Shown: positions 18,009-26,997, counted from the first letter of the stretch. The stretch is DNA of 32,000 nt from Candidatus Methanophagaceae archaeon (GCA_003194425.1 PQXB01000004.1:12089-44088); one strand, 5' to 3'. The notes: generated by a model from the letters alone, not told the origin. A program made the numbers and translations.

Positions 18009-18457
18009 TTTATTAATCTTTTATCTGCAAATGGATTGTCGGATAATAAAACAAGTAATTTTATGGTAAAAAGAGAAAGGAAGGGAAGGTTTATAAAGGA
18101 AGGCATGGTCACGAGGTTCGTGAAGTTTTTTATGATTTTTGTCTACAGGGATTAGAAAAGAGGTGGGCTGTAGAATCCACGTTCTCTTGTTTAAACGCAG
18201 ATTCGGTGTGTTTGTAAGAGCAACCAAGTTTGAGAATATTGTTAAAGAAGTTGTGCTGAACTGCCTTGTTCAGATTTTGATTATGAGTGCAAGATTATGA
18301 GTGTGGTAAGAAAGTTAGTTAGTTTATGCTGGATTAGATTAGACAGATAAAACTATACTGATTTGTTACTTATTAGACAAACCACTAATTAATCTTTAAA
18401 TAAAATGGTGAGAGAATTAACCGAGAGAGAATTAACCAAGGGAAAGGGGGAGAAGAA
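18009..18457. other. A+T-rich 449-bp intergenic spacer between divergent nadA and pfdA
   Basis: Hand count gives 21/60 G+C at 18241-18300 and 19/60 at 18301-18360, against 35/60 in a flanking coding sample (19561-19620). Contains short direct repeats and one hairpin. Confidence 0.9.
18410..18437. repeat. 13-nt direct repeat GAGAGAATTAACC x2 (15-bp period) in pfdA leader/promoter
   Basis: Copies at 18410-18422 and 18425-18437. An A+T box CTTTAAATAAAATGG lies just upstream. Confidence 0.9.
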
Positions 18458-18925
18458 ATGAGAGAAGAAGTAGCAGAGAAGAAAAGGGAGCAGCAGGCGG
18501 AAATACAGTCGCTGGTCTTGAGATTGCGGCAATATCAGGCGCAAGCCGAGACGGCGTCGCAGGAATTGCTCTTCGTTCGGCAGGCGATTGGCGAGCACGA
18601 GAAGGCGATCGAGACGATAAAGCAGTTGAAGAAAATGCAGGCAGGGGACGAGCTGATCGTGCCTGTCGGGGCGAACTCCTTGATTTATGTCACGCTCAGC
18701 AGGACCGACAAAATAATCGTTCAGCTGGGCGGGGGTGTGAGTGCAGAGAAGGACCCTGACGCTTCACTTGAGTACCTTAAGCAGAAGCGGGAGGAGTTGG
18801 AGCGTTCGCAGCGCGAGATGACTGAAATATTGCAAAGAATGGAGCAAGAGGCACAGAAATTGCAGGCACGACTGCAGGAACTTACCGCGATATCACAGGA
18901 GGGAAACGGTGGGACAGCGGAGTAA
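18458..18925 (+). CDS. pfdA: Prefoldin alpha subunit
   Basis: 155 aa with coiled-coil ends flanking ELIVPVGANSLIYVTLSRTDKIIVQLGGGVSAEK (beta hairpins). The pfdA-ftsY order is conserved in archaea. Confidence 0.85.
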   Translation: MREEVAEKKREQQAEIQSLVLRLRQYQAQAETASQELLFVRQAIGEHEKAIETIKQLKKMQAGDELIVPVGANSLIYVTLSRTDKIIVQLGGGVSAEKDPDASLEYLKQKREELERSQREMTEILQRMEQEAQKLQARLQELTAISQEGNGGTAE

Positions 18926-18934
18926 GTGAGGCAG

Positions 18935-18987
18935 GGAAGGTAAGGTACGGTTAAGCTAAGTAAGGTAAGCAAATAAGGTAAGGTAAA
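18935..18987. repeat. Irregular GGTAAG/TAAGGTA repeats filling the pfdA-ftsY spacer
   Basis: ggaaggtaaggtacggttaagctaagtaaggtaagcaaataaggtaaggtaaa, read directly. Confidence 0.85.
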
Positions 18988-18994
18988 ACCAAAA

Positions 18995-20137
18995 ATGTTT
19001 GATCGGCTAAAGAAGAAGCTCAGTGAATTTCGAGAGACCGTAGTAGAGAAAATAAAGAAGAAGACGGAGAGAGAAGAGGTAAAGGAAGAGGTAGAGGAAG
19101 AGGTAGAGGTAAAGGAAGAGGTAAAGGAAGAAGAAAAGGCGAGGAAAGAGGAAGTAGCCGAGAGGAGAGAGGAAAAGAAGAAGGGGGAGAGAGAGGAAAG
19201 GGAAGTAAGAAAGACAAAAAAAAAGGCAAAGGGAATTGGGACGCTGCTGAAAGAGAAGGGTAAGGCGATTTTAGAAGGAAAGACGGTTTTAGACGAGAAG
19301 GATTTAGAAAAGCCGCTGGAGGTTTTGGAGGAAGCGTTGTTGGAGAGCGACGTTGCTCTCTCGGTGGCTGAAGAGATAATTTCAAGCGTGAGGCGTGAGT
19401 TAGTGGGGGAGAGGAAAAAATGGGGTGCGAAGACCGAGGAGTTAGTGCAAAGTGCGTTGAAGACCGCGTTGCTGAATGTCTTTTCTGCGGTCGGCGAGTT
19501 CGATTTTGAGCGGTTCGTTGCTACTCGAATTAGAGCTAAACAGGGGCTGGTAAACATCGCGTTCGTCGGCGTTAACGGAACCGGTAAGACAACGAGCATC
19601 GCGAAAGTGGCGAAGCGGCTGCTTGACCGCGGGTACTCGGTGGTGCTCGCGTCCGCAGACACCTACAGGGCAGGTGCGACCGAGCAACTCGAGACGCACG
19701 CCGCTAACTTGGGTCTGAAACTGATTAAGCACCAGTACGGCGCAGACCCCGCAGCGGTCGTCTACGACGCGGTCAAGTACGCGCAGTCGAACCGAAAAGA
19801 AGTGGTCTTAGCAGACACCGCGGGCAGAATGCACACTTCGGTGAATTTGATGGAGCAGTTAAAGAAGATTTGCAGGGTGACGACGCCGGACTTGGTGGTC
19901 TTTGTGGACGAGGCGATTGCGGGAAACGACGCAGTAGAACGGGCGAAGAGGTTCGACGAGACCGTGGGAATTGACGCCACAATTCTGACAAAGGTTGATG
20001 TGGATGCGAAGGGCGGGACCGCGATTTCTGTCGCTCACTCTACCTCCAAACCTATTCTGTTCCTAGGTGTAGGGCAGGGCTACGAGGACTTGCAGAAGTT
20101 CAACGCCGAGTGGCTCGTAGAACGGTTGCTGGGTTAG
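18995..20137 (+). CDS. ftsY: Signal recognition particle receptor FtsY
   Basis: 380 aa. Charged E/K N-terminal region, then an NG domain with FVGVNGTGKTTSIAKVA (G1), DTAGR (G3) and TKVD (G4). Confidence 0.95.
   Translation: MFDRLKKKLSEFRETVVEKIKKKTEREEVKEEVEEEVEVKEEVKEEEKARKEEVAERREEKKKGEREEREVRKTKKKAKGIGTLLKEKGKAILEGKTVLDEKDLEKPLEVLEEALLESDVALSVAEEIISSVRRELVGERKKWGAKTEELVQSALKTALLNVFSAVGEFDFERFVATRIRAKQGLVNIAFVGVNGTGKTTSIAKVAKRLLDRGYSVVLASADTYRAGATEQLETHAANLGLKLIKHQYGADPAAVVYDAVKYAQSNRKEVVLADTAGRMHTSVNLMEQLKKICRVTTPDLVVFVDEAIAGNDAVERAKRFDETVGIDATILTKVDVDAKGGTAISVAHSTSKPILFLGVGQGYEDLQKFNAEWLVERLLG
19073..19126. repeat. 12-bp tandem repeat (GAAGAGGTARAG) x4.5 encoding EEVKEEVEEEVEVKEEVK in FtsY N-terminus
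   Basis: Units at 19073, 19085, 19097, (half unit 19109) and 19115. Confidence 0.9.
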
Positions 20138-20143
20138 GTAGGA

Positions 20144-20215
20144 GGTTTAGCGGTTTGATGGTTTGGGAGTTTGGTGGTTTGGGAGTTTGGTGGTTTGGCG
20201 GTTTGGTGTTTTGGT
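20144..20215. repeat. 8-bp periodic G/T-rich array x9 (GGTTTGGN), including perfect 16-bp duplication GGTTTGGGAGTTTGGT x2
   Basis: Units start every 8 bp from 20144. The 16-mer copies lie at 20160-20175 and 20176-20191. The array starts 7 nt after the ftsY stop. Confidence 0.95.
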
Positions 20216-20234
20216 CAATGTTTGGAAGGGAAGC

Positions 20235-20261
20235 AGAGGGAAAAGAGGGAAAAGAGGGAAA
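20235..20261. repeat. 9-bp tandem repeat AGAGGGAAA x3 immediately upstream of ATG 20265
   Basis: Units at 20235, 20244 and 20253. Confidence 0.95.
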
Positions 20262-20264
20262 AAA

Positions 20265-21533
20265 ATGAACGCAGAAAAGTATGAAGAATTGGTTTTAAGC
20301 GTGGCTGAGAGGAGCGAGGACGCTAAGGTGTTGCTTGGGCTTGTCTGTCTGCTGGAGGGCGCTTCGTCAGAAGAGGCACTCACAAGGAATTTCACCGCGT
20401 TACGAGGAGAGAAGACAGAGGAGAGAGGAGGAGAGGAGGCAGAGGAGAGGGCGAAGGAGAGGGGAAAAGAGTTATTAAGGTTTCTGAGGAAAAAGAAAAT
20501 TTTAGGACGCGGACCTTTTGACGAGTACATTTCCCTGCCTGGTTATGAGAATGTTTTTTCGAAGACCGTAGCCGGCTTTTTACTTCAGCCCGGGGATTTG
20601 TCTGAATATCTTGAAAATGCACTGAAAACAGTAGACGGGGACGGGGAAAGGAGAGACGAAGAGAAGGAGGAAGAAGAAGAGAAGAAGGAAGAGGAAGAGA
20701 GGGAGGAAGAGGAAGAGAAGAAGGAAGAGGAAGAGAAGAAGGAAAGAAGGGAGAGGAGCAATGCAGTAATAAAAATAATTGAATTGCTCTTAAAAATTGA
20801 TATTCACGGAGTTAGCGGATTCACACAATACGACATTATAAAACCAGATATGTGCGATATGTTTTCGCCTGCTATTTTCCGCTCTGTCGAAGACGAACTA
20901 ATCAGCAAGAAACTGTGCGTGTACGGGAAGAAGCGTAAACGGGAATTTTTGAAATTATGTTCGAGTTCGGCTGAGATAAAGGATGCAAAAGAGAGAATAG
21001 AAGAATGGAGACGGAAAAAATTAACTACAGGTGGCGTGCCAGAAATAGTTGAAAAAAGAGTAAAAGATCTTGTGGCGGGGGTGAAAAAAGGGACGAAGGA
21101 GTGGAAGGCGAAGTTTGCGGAGGTTAGTAAATTTTCTAAAGAGGATTTAGAGAAGGTAGGGGCGTATTTCAGCGGGTTCAAGATGGAGGAGAACTTCCTG
21201 TTTCTCACTGGCGACCTACTTGTAGGAGACGACACGCTTCACTTGGTAATTACAGACCGCCTGTCGAGGTACGATGTCAGAGAATGGAGAAGGCAGCCAG
21301 TGCTTTTTATAACAGAAGTGAGACCGAGATGGCTTCAAAAAATTGAGGTCGTGTTTAGGGGAGCGTATCCAAAGTTATCCGAGCGAAGAGTAGCCGTCGC
21401 GGTTCCGAACGAGGTTGCATACTCAAATTTCAAGCAGGACCTTCTTTACGACATCGTAGAGCGGTTGGGGATTCCTGAGGTTTTAGGCTTAAAATCAATT
21501 CCTACACAACCCGTGGATCACACATTCTACTAA
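20265..21533 (+). CDS. Hypothetical protein (ORFan, 422 aa) with central E/K low-complexity linker
   Basis: Long ORF. ATG at 20265 is preferred because the track's 20163 start translates the G/T repeat array. No family recognised. The C-terminal half is visibly A+T-rich. Confidence 0.6.
   Translation: MNAEKYEELVLSVAERSEDAKVLLGLVCLLEGASSEEALTRNFTALRGEKTEERGGEEAEERAKERGKELLRFLRKKKILGRGPFDEYISLPGYENVFSKTVAGFLLQPGDLSEYLENALKTVDGDGERRDEEKEEEEEKKEEEEREEEEEKKEEEEKKERRERSNAVIKIIELLLKIDIHGVSGFTQYDIIKPDMCDMFSPAIFRSVEDELISKKLCVYGKKRKREFLKLCSSSAEIKDAKERIEEWRRKKLTTGGVPEIVEKRVKDLVAGVKKGTKEWKAKFAEVSKFSKEDLEKVGAYFSGFKMEENFLFLTGDLLVGDDTLHLVITDRLSRYDVREWRRQPVLFITEVRPRWLQKIEVVFRGAYPKLSERRVAVAVPNEVAYSNFKQDLLYDIVERLGIPEVLGLKSIPTQPVDHTFY
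20655..20755. repeat. GAA/GAG-rich repeats (18-bp unit GGAAGAGGAAGAGAAGAA x2 at 20706/20724) encoding the E/K linker
   Basis: Read directly. Confidence 0.85.
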
Positions 21534-21671
21534 CAACGCGCCTGCCTACTCGCCTCTCCCTGCTGCCAAGACGAACAAGCCCTGCCTGTAGGCGAACTTG
21601 TCCGCCTCTTCTTCTTCTCGCTTCTTCTACTCGCTGGTGGGTTTCGGTTACCTTTACGCCGTTCTCCTGCT

Positions 21672-23603
21672 TTACTGCTGCGCCAACCTTTTATCGACGA
21701 CGCCCTCGGGAATAATTTTCTCTACGCCGGTTGTGAAAGTTTTTATCCGCTCTATGAACTTCTTCTTGAGTTTGCCGACCAAGACATGCTCAAGCACGTC
21801 CTCGATCGTGACGACCGGAATAATTTTCACCTTTTCCTTAAACCGCTCCTCAATGAGCACGTCGTTCAGGTTTGCCTGCGGAATCAGGACTTCTTTGACG
21901 CCCGCCTGTGCTGCAGCCTCCACTTTAGGCGTTATTCCGCCAACCGGCAGCACGTCGCCCTGCACCGAGAGAGAGCCTGTCATCGCGACGCTCTGGTCGA
22001 CAGGAATGTTCTCGAGCGAGGAAATGACCGCGGTGGCGACTGAAATGCTGGCGGAGTCGCCCTCCACGCCCTCGTAGGTGCCAACGAATTGAATGTGAAT
22101 GTCTTTGTTAGAAATGTTTTTGCCGGTGAATTTCTTGAAGACTGCGGAGACATTTTGGACGGCTTCCTGTGCGATTTCCTGCAGCCTGCCGGTCGCGATT
22201 ACTTTTCCCTCCTCTTTGGATTGTGCAGGCGTGACCTCTGCGATTATCGGGAGCATAACGCCGGAATCGCCGACGACTGCGAGCCCGTTCACCTTGCCGA
22301 CCTCGAACCCTTCGGTTCTGAAGAGTTTGTAGTCCTTCTTCTGCTCGAGGTATTCGTCAGCCAACTGCTGCTCCACCGACTTCGCCATCGTTTTCGCTTT
22401 TAAGACCTGCTCGCCGGTCACATATTTCGCACCTTCAGCGCGGGCAATGTCGCCTGCCACACGCACCAGCCCGCCCAAGTCCCGAAGAACGAGAGTGAGG
22501 TGGCCTTTTCTGCCTGCCCTTCGCCTCGCTTCTCGTAGGATTTCTGCAACGCCACTCCGGTCGAAGTGCGGTATTTTTTTGTCCCGCCGCACCTCTTGAG
22601 CGATGAACCTGACGAGTTTTCGTCGGTTCTCCTCTGTGTCGTCCATCGTGTCTTTCATATAAATCTCGTAGCCGTAGCCTTTTACACGAGAGCGGAGAGC
22701 AGGGTGCATTCCTGCAACGGCGTCCAAGTTGCCCGCGGCGACCATAATAAAATCGCAGGGAACCGGCTCGGTCTTGACCATCGCCCCCGCACTTCGCTCG
22801 GACTGCCCTGTTATCGGGTACTCACGCTCCTGCAGCGCGGTGAGGAGGTTCTGCTGCGCCTCCAACCGCAGCGTGTTTATCTCGTCGATGAAGAGGACGC
22901 CTTTGTGTGCTTTGTGAATTGCACCCGCCTCGACGCGGTCGTGTGCTGGGGTTTCCAAGCCTCCGGATTGGTACGGATCGTGCCTCACGTCGCCGAGCAG
23001 GGCGCCAGAGTGCGCTCCGGTTGCGTCTACGTAGGGAGCGGTCTCGCGGCCGAAATTGGAGACGAGCAGTTTCGGCAGCAACGCCTCCTCCTTCGGCATC
23101 ACCCACCTGAAGACCAAGAGCAGAACGGCACCGGCAATCATTGCCCAAAAGACCGTGCTTATGTTTCCGTCCTGCAGGAAGTAAATAAAGCCCGTGCCAA
23201 CGATGAGGAAGAAGGAGAAGACGAGAAAGGTGGTTCGCATTTGAATTCGCCTTCTCACTTCTTGTTTCTGTGCGTCCACGATTTCCTTGCCCTTGCTGAA
23301 GGGAACGACCCTAATTTTCGGCGTGTTCTTGTCCTCTGGGTTGGGGTAGACGAGAATGTCCTGCAACTCCTCCTTGGGCAGCAGTTCCGCCATGCTGTTC
23401 CCGAGCATTGATTTTCCCGTGCCGGGCGTGCCGATTAGCATCACGTGTCGCCGCTGCTTCGCCGCCTTTTTTATCACTTCTACCCCGTGCTCCTGTCCAA
23501 TCACTTGGTCAACAAGCAACTTCGGAACTTCTACCTCCTCGGTCGTCTTTATTTTGGAGCCCGCTAACAGGTCGTTTAGGTCGTCCTCCACTGATTTAGT
23601 CAT
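21672..23603 (-). CDS. lonB: Archaeal membrane-bound ATP-dependent Lon protease (LonB)
   Basis: 643 aa. Walker A LIGTPGTGKSMLG. Two hydrophobic helices sit inside the AAA module (TFLVFSFFLIVGTGFIYF, VFWAMIAGAVLLLVF). The C-terminal protease domain has AMTGSLSVQGDVLPVGGITPKVEAA. Confidence 0.95.
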   Translation of the reverse strand: MTKSVEDDLNDLLAGSKIKTTEEVEVPKLLVDQVIGQEHGVEVIKKAAKQRRHVMLIGTPGTGKSMLGNSMAELLPKEELQDILVYPNPEDKNTPKIRVVPFSKGKEIVDAQKQEVRRRIQMRTTFLVFSFFLIVGTGFIYFLQDGNISTVFWAMIAGAVLLLVFRWVMPKEEALLPKLLVSNFGRETAPYVDATGAHSGALLGDVRHDPYQSGGLETPAHDRVEAGAIHKAHKGVLFIDEINTLRLEAQQNLLTALQEREYPITGQSERSAGAMVKTEPVPCDFIMVAAGNLDAVAGMHPALRSRVKGYGYEIYMKDTMDDTEENRRKLVRFIAQEVRRDKKIPHFDRSGVAEILREARRRAGRKGHLTLVLRDLGGLVRVAGDIARAEGAKYVTGEQVLKAKTMAKSVEQQLADEYLEQKKDYKLFRTEGFEVGKVNGLAVVGDSGVMLPIIAEVTPAQSKEEGKVIATGRLQEIAQEAVQNVSAVFKKFTGKNISNKDIHIQFVGTYEGVEGDSASISVATAVISSLENIPVDQSVAMTGSLSVQGDVLPVGGITPKVEAAAQAGVKEVLIPQANLNDVLIEERFKEKVKIIPVVTIEDVLEHVLVGKLKKKFIERIKTFTTGVEKIIPEGVVDKRLAQQ

Positions 23604-23657
23604 TGTTTTTGTTTTCTTATTTAAATTCTTTACTATGTTACTTTACTAGGTTAAAAA

Positions 23658-23702
23658 GCTTGCAAGTTTTGTTGCAAGTTTTTTTCTTTTTTTCTTTTTT
23701 TC
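23658..23702. repeat. 13-bp tandem duplication around palindrome CTTGCAAG, followed by (T7C)x2 T7 tract, in ask-lonB spacer
   Basis: gcttgcaagtttt gttgcaagtttt tttctttttttcttttttt. CTTGCAAG at 23659-23666 is self-complementary. Confidence 0.85.
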
Positions 23703-25136
23703 TCAACGCCCCATTTCAAAGACATCGTGAATCGCTTGTGCTGCGTTCTGTGCGTCCTCGCGTCGCACGACGAAAGAGATGTTGAACTCGGAGCTGCCCT
23801 GCGAGATCATTTTCACGCTGATCCCCTCCTTGCCGAGAGCTGAGAAGACTTTGCCTGCGACGCCGGGCGTTCCAGCCATTCCTACGCCGACGACGCCGAT
23901 TGCAGAGACGCTGCTGTTTGAAGTGAAGTCTCGGACAACGGTGCCTCCTCCACCGCCGCCTGCGTCTGCGTTTGCGTTTAATTTCTGAATCGCGGAAACG
24001 GCTCGTTGCAGTTGTGCGGTGTTAACGACGATGGAAATGGTTCGTTCAGAGGAGCCGTGAGAGATCATAAAAATCTCCACTTGTTCGGAGGCTAAAGCAG
24101 AGAAGACGCGTGCCACGACCTCTGAAATGCTCCGCACGCCGGTTCCAGCGACATTCAAGATTGAGGTGTTCTCGATAATTGTGATGGCTTTGGCAGCCTT
24201 CTTTGTCTGCTCCGGCTCCTCGCCGATGAGCGTGCCCTCGTCGTCGGGTTTGAACGGGTTCTTCACGAGAATCGGAATTCTCTTCGCCACCACCGGCTCA
24301 ATCGCCCGGGAATGCAGGACAGAAGCCCCGAAGTAAGAGAGTTCCATCGCCTCGGCGTAGGAGATGTAGGGGATTCTTCGTGCGTTCCGAATTATCTTGG
24401 GGTCGGCGCTCATTATTCCCTCGGTCTCCTTCCAGAGCCAGACCTCGTCGGCGTCTACTGCCGCTCCGATTAGGGTTGCGGTGTAGTCCGAGCCGCCCCT
24501 GCCAAAAGTTGTTACCTGCCCCTTCCTCGTTTTCCCGGTGTAGCCGCAGACGACTGGGATTTTACCGCTGTCCAAGAGCGGAATAATTTTTTCTCTAACC
24601 GTCTCCTCCGCACCACGCAGCAGCAGTGCGTTGCCGTAGTCTTCGTTCGTTGTTAAGCCTGCCTCGCCACCGGTGAGGTGCACTGCGTCCTGACCCAACG
24701 ATCGCAGCGTGCCAGCCAAGATTGGGGCTGCCAGCCGTTCGCCAAACGAGACGATGTAGTCAAGCGACCGTGCCGAGAGCTCGCCGAGCAGGGAGATTCC
24801 AGTCAACGCCCTCTCCAGTTCGCCCAGCCTTTCTTCTACTTCTCTCGTTACCACACGCAGCACACGCTTGTCTTTTATCGCTTCTGACGCCGCGGTCAGG
24901 TGCTTCGTTTTTAAATCCTGCACGAAAGATTTCGCCTTCTCCACCTCGCCCTCGCTCGCAATTCGGGCTGCGTTCTCGTGCAGTGCGTCAGTGACCCCGA
25001 AGAACGCCGAGGTCACCACGACCAGTTCTTTTCTTTTCTTTTCTTTTTCTCTGCACCGCCGTACTAACTCTGCCACTGCCTTTATTTTCCCGCCGTCCGC
25101 GACCGCACTCCCTCCGAACTTCATCACCAGTCTCAT
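23703..25136 (-). CDS. Aspartate kinase
   Basis: 477 aa. MKFGGSAVADG, VVVTSAFFGVTD, FGRGGSDYTA and two C-terminal ACT-like repeats. Confidence 0.9.
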   Translation of the reverse strand: MRLVMKFGGSAVADGGKIKAVAELVRRCREKEKKRKELVVVTSAFFGVTDALHENAARIASEGEVEKAKSFVQDLKTKHLTAASEAIKDKRVLRVVTREVEERLGELERALTGISLLGELSARSLDYIVSFGERLAAPILAGTLRSLGQDAVHLTGGEAGLTTNEDYGNALLLRGAEETVREKIIPLLDSGKIPVVCGYTGKTRKGQVTTFGRGGSDYTATLIGAAVDADEVWLWKETEGIMSADPKIIRNARRIPYISYAEAMELSYFGASVLHSRAIEPVVAKRIPILVKNPFKPDDEGTLIGEEPEQTKKAAKAITIIENTSILNVAGTGVRSISEVVARVFSALASEQVEIFMISHGSSERTISIVVNTAQLQRAVSAIQKLNANADAGGGGGGTVVRDFTSNSSVSAIGVVGVGMAGTPGVAGKVFSALGKEGISVKMISQGSSEFNISFVVRREDAQNAAQAIHDVFEMGR

Positions 25137-25160
25137 TTTTCTGCCCCTCGAAATATTTTT

Positions 25161-25196
25161 TAGGTTTAATGAAAAATTAGTAGGTTTAATGAAAAA
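25161..25196 (+). promoter_or_regulatory. Perfect 16-nt direct repeat TAGGTTTAATGAAAAA x2 (20-bp period) between divergent aspartate kinase and thermosome genes
   Basis: Copies at 25161-25176 and 25181-25196. Each contains a TATA-like TTTAAT. A further TTTTATAC box lies at 25210-25217. Confidence 0.4.
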
Positions 25197-25248
25197 GCGT
25201 TGAACATTATTTTATACAGAAGTAAGGCGAAAAAGAGAGGATAAAAAA

Positions 25249-26997
25249 ATGGCAGGCCAGTTGGGAGGAATTCCGGTTTTAGTGCTACGAGAAGGGAGCG
25301 AGCGGGCAAGCGGGAGAGAGGCACAGAGCAAGAACATCGAGGCGGCGAAGGCGGTTGCTTCCGCGGTTTGCAGCACGCTGGGACCGAAGGGAATGGACAA
25401 GATGCTTGTGGGTTCGTTCGGCGATGTGGTCGTAACGAACGACGGCGTGACGATTCTTAAAGAAATGGAAATTGAGAGCCCGGCGGCGAAGATGATGGTC
25501 GAGGTTGCGAAGACCGTTGACGAAGTGGTGGGCGACGGCACCACAACAGCGGTCGTACTCGGCGGGGAACTGCTGAAAAAGGCAGAGGAGTTGCTGGAGC
25601 AGGGCTTGCACCCCTCGGTTGTCACGCTGGGCTACAGGCTTGCGGCGGAGAACGCGAAGTCGGTGCTGGAGGCGGTTGCTACTGAAGTGCTCGGGGTGGA
25701 CGGGGGTAGGACAGAAGGGGGAGAAAAAGGTGAGGGAGAAGAGGAGAACGAGGAGGTGCTGAAGAAAATAGCGAAAACCGCGGTAACAGGGAAGTTCGCA
25801 GAAGCGTCTCGTGACTTCCTTGCGGAAATCGCAGTAAAAGCGGTTAAGGCAGTGGCGGAAAGAACCGAGACTGCTCGCAGCGGGCGTGGCGGGAAGAGGG
25901 TGGTTGACACTGAGAATGTCAGCGTGGAGAAGAAGGTTGGCGGGAAAATCGCCGAGACCGAGTTGGTGCAAGGACTGGTACTTGACAAGGAGGTGGTGAA
26001 TCCGAGAATGCCGAGGCGAGTGGCGGGTGCGAAAATCGCTTTGGTCAACGCCTCGCTTGAGGTGAAGAAGACCGAGACGAGTGCCGAGTTGAAAATAACA
26101 AGTTCTGACCAACTAACCGCGTTCCTTGAAGAGGAGGAGCAGGCGATGAAAAGAATGGCGGAGTGCGTGAAAGAGAGCGGTGCGAATGTCGTAATTTGTC
26201 AGAAGGGGATTGACGAAGTCGTGCAGCACTACCTCGCGAAGTTCGGGATTTTGGCGGTCCGCAGGGCGAAGAAGAGCGACTTGGCGAGGTTGGAGAAAGC
26301 GACGGGCGGCAAAATCGTGACCACGGTGGAAGAGCTGAGTGCGAGCGACTTGGGGAACGCGGGCTTGGTAGAGGAGCGGAAAATCGCGGGCGACAAAATG
26401 CTCTTCGTGGAGGAGTGCGAGAACCCGCACGCGGTCTCGGTCTTTCTGCGAGGCGGGTCCGAACAGGTGCTGGACGAGGTTGAGCGCGGTTTGCACGACA
26501 TGCTGCGGGTCGTTGGCTGCATAATTGAGGACGGCAAAGTGGTTGCTGGCGGCGGTGCTGTCGAGACCGAGTTGGCACTGCGGGTGCGGGAGTTCAGTGC
26601 CTCGCTGAAGGGAAAAGAGCAGTTGGCGGCGGAGAAGTTCGCAGAGGCTCTGGAAATTATTCCACGCACGCTGGCTGAGAACTCTGGGTTCGACCCGATC
26701 GACAAACTTGTGGCTTTGAAGGCTGCGCACGAGCGGGGCGAGCGGGGCGAGAAGAAAGCGGGCTTGGACGCCTACACCGGCGAAATTCTGGATATGTGGG
26801 AAGCAGGCGTCTTGGAGCCGCTGAGGACGAAGAAGCAGGCGTTGGAGTCCGCGGTAGACGCGGCGACGATGATTCTCAGAATTGACGATGTGATCGCGTC
26901 GAAGCGGGAGTCACTACCGCCAGCTGGTGGTGGAGGAGCACCAGGAGGAGCACCAGGAGGAGCACCAGGAGGAGGCGGTGGAATGCCGCCTTACTAA
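25249..26997 (+). CDS. ths: Thermosome subunit (group II chaperonin)
   Basis: 582 aa. [39 protein letters not shown] and AGGGAVE. C-terminal G/A/P tail ends in GGGMPPY. Confidence 0.95.
   Translation: MAGQLGGIPVLVLREGSERASGREAQSKNIEAAKAVASAVCSTLGPKGMDKMLVGSFGDVVVTNDGVTILKEMEIESPAAKMMVEVAKTVDEVVGDGTTTAVVLGGELLKKAEELLEQGLHPSVVTLGYRLAAENAKSVLEAVATEVLGVDGGRTEGGEKGEGEEENEEVLKKIAKTAVTGKFAEASRDFLAEIAVKAVKAVAERTETARSGRGGKRVVDTENVSVEKKVGGKIAETELVQGLVLDKEVVNPRMPRRVAGAKIALVNASLEVKKTETSAELKITSSDQLTAFLEEEEQAMKRMAECVKESGANVVICQKGIDEVVQHYLAKFGILAVRRAKKSDLARLEKATGGKIVTTVEELSASDLGNAGLVEERKIAGDKMLFVEECENPHAVSVFLRGGSEQVLDEVERGLHDMLRVVGCIIEDGKVVAGGGAVETELALRVREFSASLKGKEQLAAEKFAEALEIIPRTLAENSGFDPIDKLVALKAAHERGERGEKKAGLDAYTGEILDMWEAGVLEPLRTKKQALESAVDAATMILRIDDVIASKRESLPPAGGGGAPGGAPGGAPGGGGGMPPY
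26935..26970. repeat. 12-bp tandem repeat GGAGCACCAGGA x3 encoding (GAPG)3 in thermosome tail
   Basis: Read directly. Confidence 0.9.

Noticed and set aside
18021-18227. 68-aa minus-strand ORF in the A+T-rich spacer
   Set aside because: Atypical composition, no start context and no motifs. Probably a chance ORF in A+T-rich DNA, although expression cannot be excluded.
18009-18457. Replication origin hypothesis for the A+T-rich spacer
   Set aside because: No repeated ORB or mini-ORB-like elements could be found (only a single TCCAC). There is no adjacent orc1/cdc6 gene.
18721-19662. 313-aa minus-strand S/F/T-rich ORF
   Set aside because: Antisense to pfdA 3' and ftsY 5'. Its composition mirrors the purine-rich sense strand.
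20144-20215. Telomere-like or CRISPR-like interpretation of the GGTTTGGN array
   Set aside because: It is only 72 bp, internal to a gene-dense region, and has no spacers. It is treated as an intercistronic microsatellite instead.
20163-20264. Track start (20163) for the ORFan, giving N-terminus MGVWWFGSLVVWRFGVLV
   Set aside because: That peptide is simply the translation of the 8-bp G/T tandem array. The ATG at 20265 is preceded by a purine-rich SD-like repeat.
21534-21671. 138-bp convergent spacer between the ORFan and lonB, checked for terminators or a small RNA
   Set aside because: Only weak 6-bp inverted repeats (GCCTAC/GTAGGC) and no oligo-T tract; nothing supportable.
21598-23411. 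+ strand ORFs 21598-22077, 22089-22403 and 22566-23411
   Set aside because: All are antisense to lonB, which has complete AAA+ and protease motifs.
25285-26730. Minus-strand ORFs 25285-26112 (275 aa), 26045-26578 and 26113-26730
   Set aside because: Antisense shadows within the thermosome gene.
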